From contig OZ244621.1 in the NCBI GenBank assembly GCA_965218425.1, positions 2,944,001-3,008,000 on the forward strand: DNA of 64,000 nt, written 5' to 3'. The position numbers and the translations under genes were made by a program. The notes beneath the pieces were generated by a model. The model was not told where the DNA came from. It saw only the letters and a list, made by a program, of their open reading frames with translations, and made no database searches. The DNA is from an uncultured Candidatus Binatia bacterium (GTDB lineage Bacteria > Desulfobacterota > Binatia > UBA9968 > CAXXLF01). This document shows, piece by piece, positions 60,492-64,000 of this stretch. Numbering within the stretch: the first letter of the stretch is position 1; each line of letters opens with the position of its first letter.

Positions 60492-61100
60492 ATGATGAGG
60501 CTTTATCATTTTCCAACTTCAACCAATTCCCGGAAGGTGCGGATTACCCTGATAGAGAAGGGGTTGGAATTCGAGCGGGTTAAAATTGATCTAACAAAGA
60601 AAGAGCATAAAAATCCTGATTATTTGAAAATACATCCTTTCGGCCAGGTGCCGGCATTGGATGACCACGGATTCATTGTTTATGATTCAACCATTATCAA
60701 TGAATACCTTGAGGACGAGTATCCACATCCACCTCTTATGCCAGAAGATTCCGACGGTAGGGCTCGGGCCCGCATGATGGAAGATTTTCGAGACAATCAT
60801 TTTAATCCCCCATTCTTGGAACTCATTCACGAGGTTGCTTATAAAACCGAGCAAGAAAGAGACGCAAGAGTGGTTGAGAGGTCCAAGGCGAAAATCATTG
60901 TTTGCTTTGATCGTATTGAGACGGAATTGGAAGGCCGGGAATATCTGGCCGGGACCTTTAGCCTCGCCGATATCGCTTTCATGCCCAACGTTGCTCTCAT
61001 AGAGCGCTTCGATATCCCCGTTGATCCTAAGTTGACCAATATGCTCGCCTGGATGGCGCGTCTTAAGTCCAGGTCGAGCTTTGCGAAATCTGCTACATAA
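60492..61100 (+). CDS. Glutathione S-transferase family protein
   Basis: STNSRKV, IHPFGQVPAL, DSTIINEYL, YLAG.FSLADI. Confidence 0.92.
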   Translation: MMRLYHFPTSTNSRKVRITLIEKGLEFERVKIDLTKKEHKNPDYLKIHPFGQVPALDDHGFIVYDSTIINEYLEDEYPHPPLMPEDSDGRARARMMEDFRDNHFNPPFLELIHEVAYKTEQERDARVVERSKAKIIVCFDRIETELEGREYLAGTFSLADIAFMPNVALIERFDIPVDPKLTNMLAWMARLKSRSSFAKSAT

Positions 61101-61115
61101 AGCAGTGAGATCAGG

Positions 61116-61811
61116 TTGAGCATCCTCACTGCCTGGCTGGTTCACTTCTATACTGCGCTTGGGGCCCTTCTAGCGTTGGTGGCCCTTTTCTTTGCTCGAG
61201 AGGCAAATTTCCAGGCGGTCTGTTGGCTCATGGCCCTTGCGGTCTTCATAGATGCCACAGACGGAACCTTGGCCCGCAGCTTCCGTGTGAAAGAGATCCT
61301 TCCCTGGTTTGATGGCGACCGCCTGGACGATATCGTAGACTATCTCAACTATGTTCTCGTGCCCTGTGTTTTTATGATGGAGGCCCGACTCCTTCCGGAG
61401 CGTGATTCCCTTTGGTTGGCAGGGCTTCCACTTCTTGCCAGTGCGTATGGATTTTGCCACAAAGAGGCTAAATCCGCAGATCACTTTTTTCTCGGCTTTC
61501 CTTCCTATTGGAACGTTGTGGCTTTCTACTTCTTTGTTCTTAGAACCCCACTTTGGGTCAATGGTTTTTTGGTTATCTTCTTTTCCGCTCTGGTTTTCGT
61601 CCCTATCAAGTATCTCTATCCAAGCCGTAGCCCCATCCTTCGCCGTCTTACAGTCACCCTAGGCGCCCTCTGGGGGATCCTGGTCCTGCTAATAATTTAC
61701 AGTCTTCCTGAGCCCTCCACGTTTCTAGTTTTCTGCTCCTTATACTTTCCCACCTATTATCTGCTGATGTCGTTTTGGCTGGAAATCGCAAGGCGCAGCT
61801 CCGCATTCTAG
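61116..61811 (+). CDS. Phosphatidylcholine synthase-like CDP-alcohol phosphatidyltransferase
   Basis: VHFYTALG, IDATDGTLAR, DG..LDDIVDYLNYV, ASAYGF, F.GFPSYWN. Confidence 0.8.
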   Translation: MSILTAWLVHFYTALGALLALVALFFAREANFQAVCWLMALAVFIDATDGTLARSFRVKEILPWFDGDRLDDIVDYLNYVLVPCVFMMEARLLPERDSLWLAGLPLLASAYGFCHKEAKSADHFFLGFPSYWNVVAFYFFVLRTPLWVNGFLVIFFSALVFVPIKYLYPSRSPILRRLTVTLGALWGILVLLIIYSLPEPSTFLVFCSLYFPTYYLLMSFWLEIARRSSAF

Positions 61812-61893
61812 CAACCGAGAATTCCCAATCAGGCCCTTTGCTTAGTCAAGTGTCATCGGCTAGAATCTAGCCCACCACTGGTTGGAGGGAAAC

Positions 61894-63345
61894 ATGAGCT
61901 GGACCATGCAAAGAAGAGCATCCAGGCTTCGACTTTCGGTTGCTGTGCTGGTGGGCACTCTAGTTTTAAGCCCCTTTCGTAGCGATACCGCTGAACTGTT
62001 CGAATCGAGCAGGCCAAAATTTATCTTTATATTTTTAGCGGATGGGGCGGGGATCAATCACCTTGAAGTCACGCGAATATACAACGAGCATGTTCATAAT
62101 AAAGGGTTTAATATTACGGATCGAGTATTCAACGAGGGATACCTTGGTTTCCTGACAACCCACTCTGCGGATTCGCTTGCCTCGGATTCCACGGCTTCAG
62201 CCACTGCCCTTGCGAACGGATGTAAGGCCAACAATCGAGTGGTGGGGATGTGTGCTAACGGTTACAAGTCTGCATCCGTGCTGGAGGTGGCAAGGGGACA
62301 AGGAATGAAAGTTGGAATCGTAACGAATTCAAAAGTCTATGATGCGACCATTGCCGCCTTCAGCACCCATGTCCTTAGTAGAAACTACTATGACGAGATC
62401 TGTGATGCATTTTTAGGCCTCGAACCGGACGTTCTAATGGGTGGTGGGAGGGATCGTTTCCTGCCAAAAGGTGTTGCAGGCAGTCGGAGGAAGGATGACA
62501 AGAATGTCATCCGGCTGTTTAAGGAGAAAGGCTATACCTACGTCTCCGATAAAAAGGGTCTTGAGGAGTCGAACGGATCCAAAGTCCTGGGACTGTTCAG
62601 TTTGGGGGATATGAGCCTGGAAATGGATCGTAAGAAAGACCAGGAGCCTTCCGTCTTTGACATGACCCGAAAGGCTCTGAATATACTTCAAAGGAATTCG
62701 GATAATGGCTTTGTTCTGCTTGTGGAGACTGAAAACATTGACAATGCCTCTCACCAGTCGGATGTGGCTTCTCTAATCCATGATCTTCGCGAGTTCGACG
62801 GCGCTGTGGGCCATGCCTATGATTTCTATCTGAAGCACCCGCGAGAGACCCTCATACTTGTCACCTCCGACCACGAAACCGGCGGGCTTGCCTTTACGAG
62901 GGCTGCCAGTCGAGTAAAAAAGTCGAAAAAAGGCCGCGCCCGGCGGTTTAATCCCACTGTAAAGAGCCTGGAAAAAATCCATGGGATTCCCATATCCATT
63001 AATCGCGCGCTGAAGATACTGGGAAAGCGGCCCACTTCCGAAGATGTGGATAGGCTCATGGCGGAACAATACAAGGGATTCCATCTTGCTCCCGAGCTCA
63101 AAGAAGCGCTGATCACAAAAAGAAAGTCCCTTGGCCCCACATTTTATTCCAGGATAAGGGGTGCCGCGCTAGGAGCCATGGTGGCCGACAATACCCAAGC
63201 CTACTGGCTCGGCCGCGGTCATACCAATCAACCCGTTTTTGTGGGAGCACTGGGTGCGGGGGCTCATCGTTTCAGCGGCTACCAGGACAACACGCGATTC
63301 GCCGGCCATCTGTTTTCAGTCCTTGGGGCCGAAGACCCGCCCTAG
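61894..63345 (+). CDS. Alkaline phosphatase (PhoA family)
   Basis: Signal peptide; LADGAG, catalytic DST.SATA, MGGG, ID.ASH, TSDHETGG, GHT. Confidence 0.88.
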   Translation: MSWTMQRRASRLRLSVAVLVGTLVLSPFRSDTAELFESSRPKFIFIFLADGAGINHLEVTRIYNEHVHNKGFNITDRVFNEGYLGFLTTHSADSLASDSTASATALANGCKANNRVVGMCANGYKSASVLEVARGQGMKVGIVTNSKVYDATIAAFSTHVLSRNYYDEICDAFLGLEPDVLMGGGRDRFLPKGVAGSRRKDDKNVIRLFKEKGYTYVSDKKGLEESNGSKVLGLFSLGDMSLEMDRKKDQEPSVFDMTRKALNILQRNSDNGFVLLVETENIDNASHQSDVASLIHDLREFDGAVGHAYDFYLKHPRETLILVTSDHETGGLAFTRAASRVKKSKKGRARRFNPTVKSLEKIHGIPISINRALKILGKRPTSEDVDRLMAEQYKGFHLAPELKEALITKRKSLGPTFYSRIRGAALGAMVADNTQAYWLGRGHTNQPVFVGALGAGAHRFSGYQDNTRFAGHLFSVLGAEDPP

Positions 63346-63854
63346 GGCCGATTTTTTCCGCCTTCTTGGGCGGCCTCGAGAATGGATTGCGCGATGGCCG
63401 GGTAACACCCGCAGCGGCAAATATTTCCCTTCATCCATTCCGCAATTTGCTCATAACTAGGAGATGGGTTCTGAAGCAGGAGCGCCTTGGCCGCCATCAA
63501 CTGTCCAGGAGTGCAATACCCGCACTGGGCCCCTACGTTTCGGATAAACGCGGTCTGGAGTGGATCCAGGTGTTCCCCAACGGCTAAACCTTCGATGGTG
63601 GTGACGGATCGTTGATGCGCTTCGAAGGCCAGATAACTACAGGAGCTGATGGGCTGGCCATCCACCAGGACCGTGCAAGCCCCACACACCTGGGATTCAC
63701 AGGAACGCTTGGTGCCCGTGAGCCCCACCCGTTCCCTCAGGAAGTCCAGCAGAACTTCCTCTGCCGGCACCGGTCCACTCCACGGTTTCCCGTTGATGCT
63801 CAGCGATACCTCAATGGACTGAAGCGTCCCGAGGTCGTCCAATTTATCTTCCAC
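63342..63854 (-). CDS. (2Fe-2S)-binding small subunit of a Mo-hydroxylase (CoxS-like)
   Basis: GTKRSC...CGACTV, QCGYCTPG, GNICRCG.Y. Confidence 0.92.
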   Translation of the reverse strand: MEDKLDDLGTLQSIEVSLSINGKPWSGPVPAEEVLLDFLRERVGLTGTKRSCESQVCGACTVLVDGQPISSCSYLAFEAHQRSVTTIEGLAVGEHLDPLQTAFIRNVGAQCGYCTPGQLMAAKALLLQNPSPSYEQIAEWMKGNICRCGCYPAIAQSILEAAQEGGKNRP

Positions 63855-64000
63855 GTCCCGATTCCCTTCCACTTTGGACTGATTGGTTCAAGGCATTTTT
63901 CAGTAGCACACAGGTGACATGAATCTTGTAATCTGATGAGCCCAGAAGATCATCAATGGGCTGCAGTTGGTCCGCGAGATACGGTTTTGCCTCGGCCATG
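63844..64000 (-). CDS. C-terminal end of an FAD-binding medium subunit (CoxM-like), truncated by the window edge
   Basis: ...LQPIDDLLGSSDYKIHVTCVLLKNAL...*; overlaps the start of the 2Fe-2S subunit gene. Confidence 0.75.
   Translation of the reverse strand, partial: MAEAKPYLADQLQPIDDLLGSSDYKIHVTCVLLKNALNQSVQSGRESGRGR

Overview
Bacterial chromosomal window, moderately GC-rich. The gene order (tsaB-DUF465-ilvBNC-psd-pssA-leuA-leuB-asd-truA, short EF-Ts) and the many Mo-hydroxylase, UbiD, TTT and NitT/TauT genes suggest a deltaproteobacterium-like lineage such as Binatia; this is inference only. About 1-21 kb is accessory: a dienelactone hydrolase, a Zn-dehydrogenase, an isochorismatase-family amidase + Mo-hydroxylase large subunit + UbiD cluster, a frameshifted NitT/TauT ABC transporter, TctCAB, an MFS, an exported FKBP, an orphan egtD and several decaying genes. 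About 21-55.5 kb is core: slt, yggS/yggT, tRNA-Leu-secG-tpiA-pgk, tol-pal, ribF, rluD, rho, rpsB-tsf-pyrH-frr-uppS-cdsA-dxr-rseP-tsaB, and the ilv/leu/asd/truA genes. About 55.5-64 kb is accessory again. Best finds not in the ORF track: (1) a 78-aa glutaredoxin/NrdH-like selenoprotein (UGPC motif, in-frame UGA, SECIS-like hairpin) divergent from a glutathione S-transferase; (2) a dispersed ~160-bp element in three diverged copies that keeps an RBS and a conserved short reading frame (MKGxGIERxASxIH...); (3) a threonine dehydratase gene collapsed by a large internal deletion; (4) a terminator with alternative pairings directly before leuA; (5) intergenic mosaics of 7-bp and 9-bp repeats. No CRISPR array, rRNA, transposase or integrase was seen.
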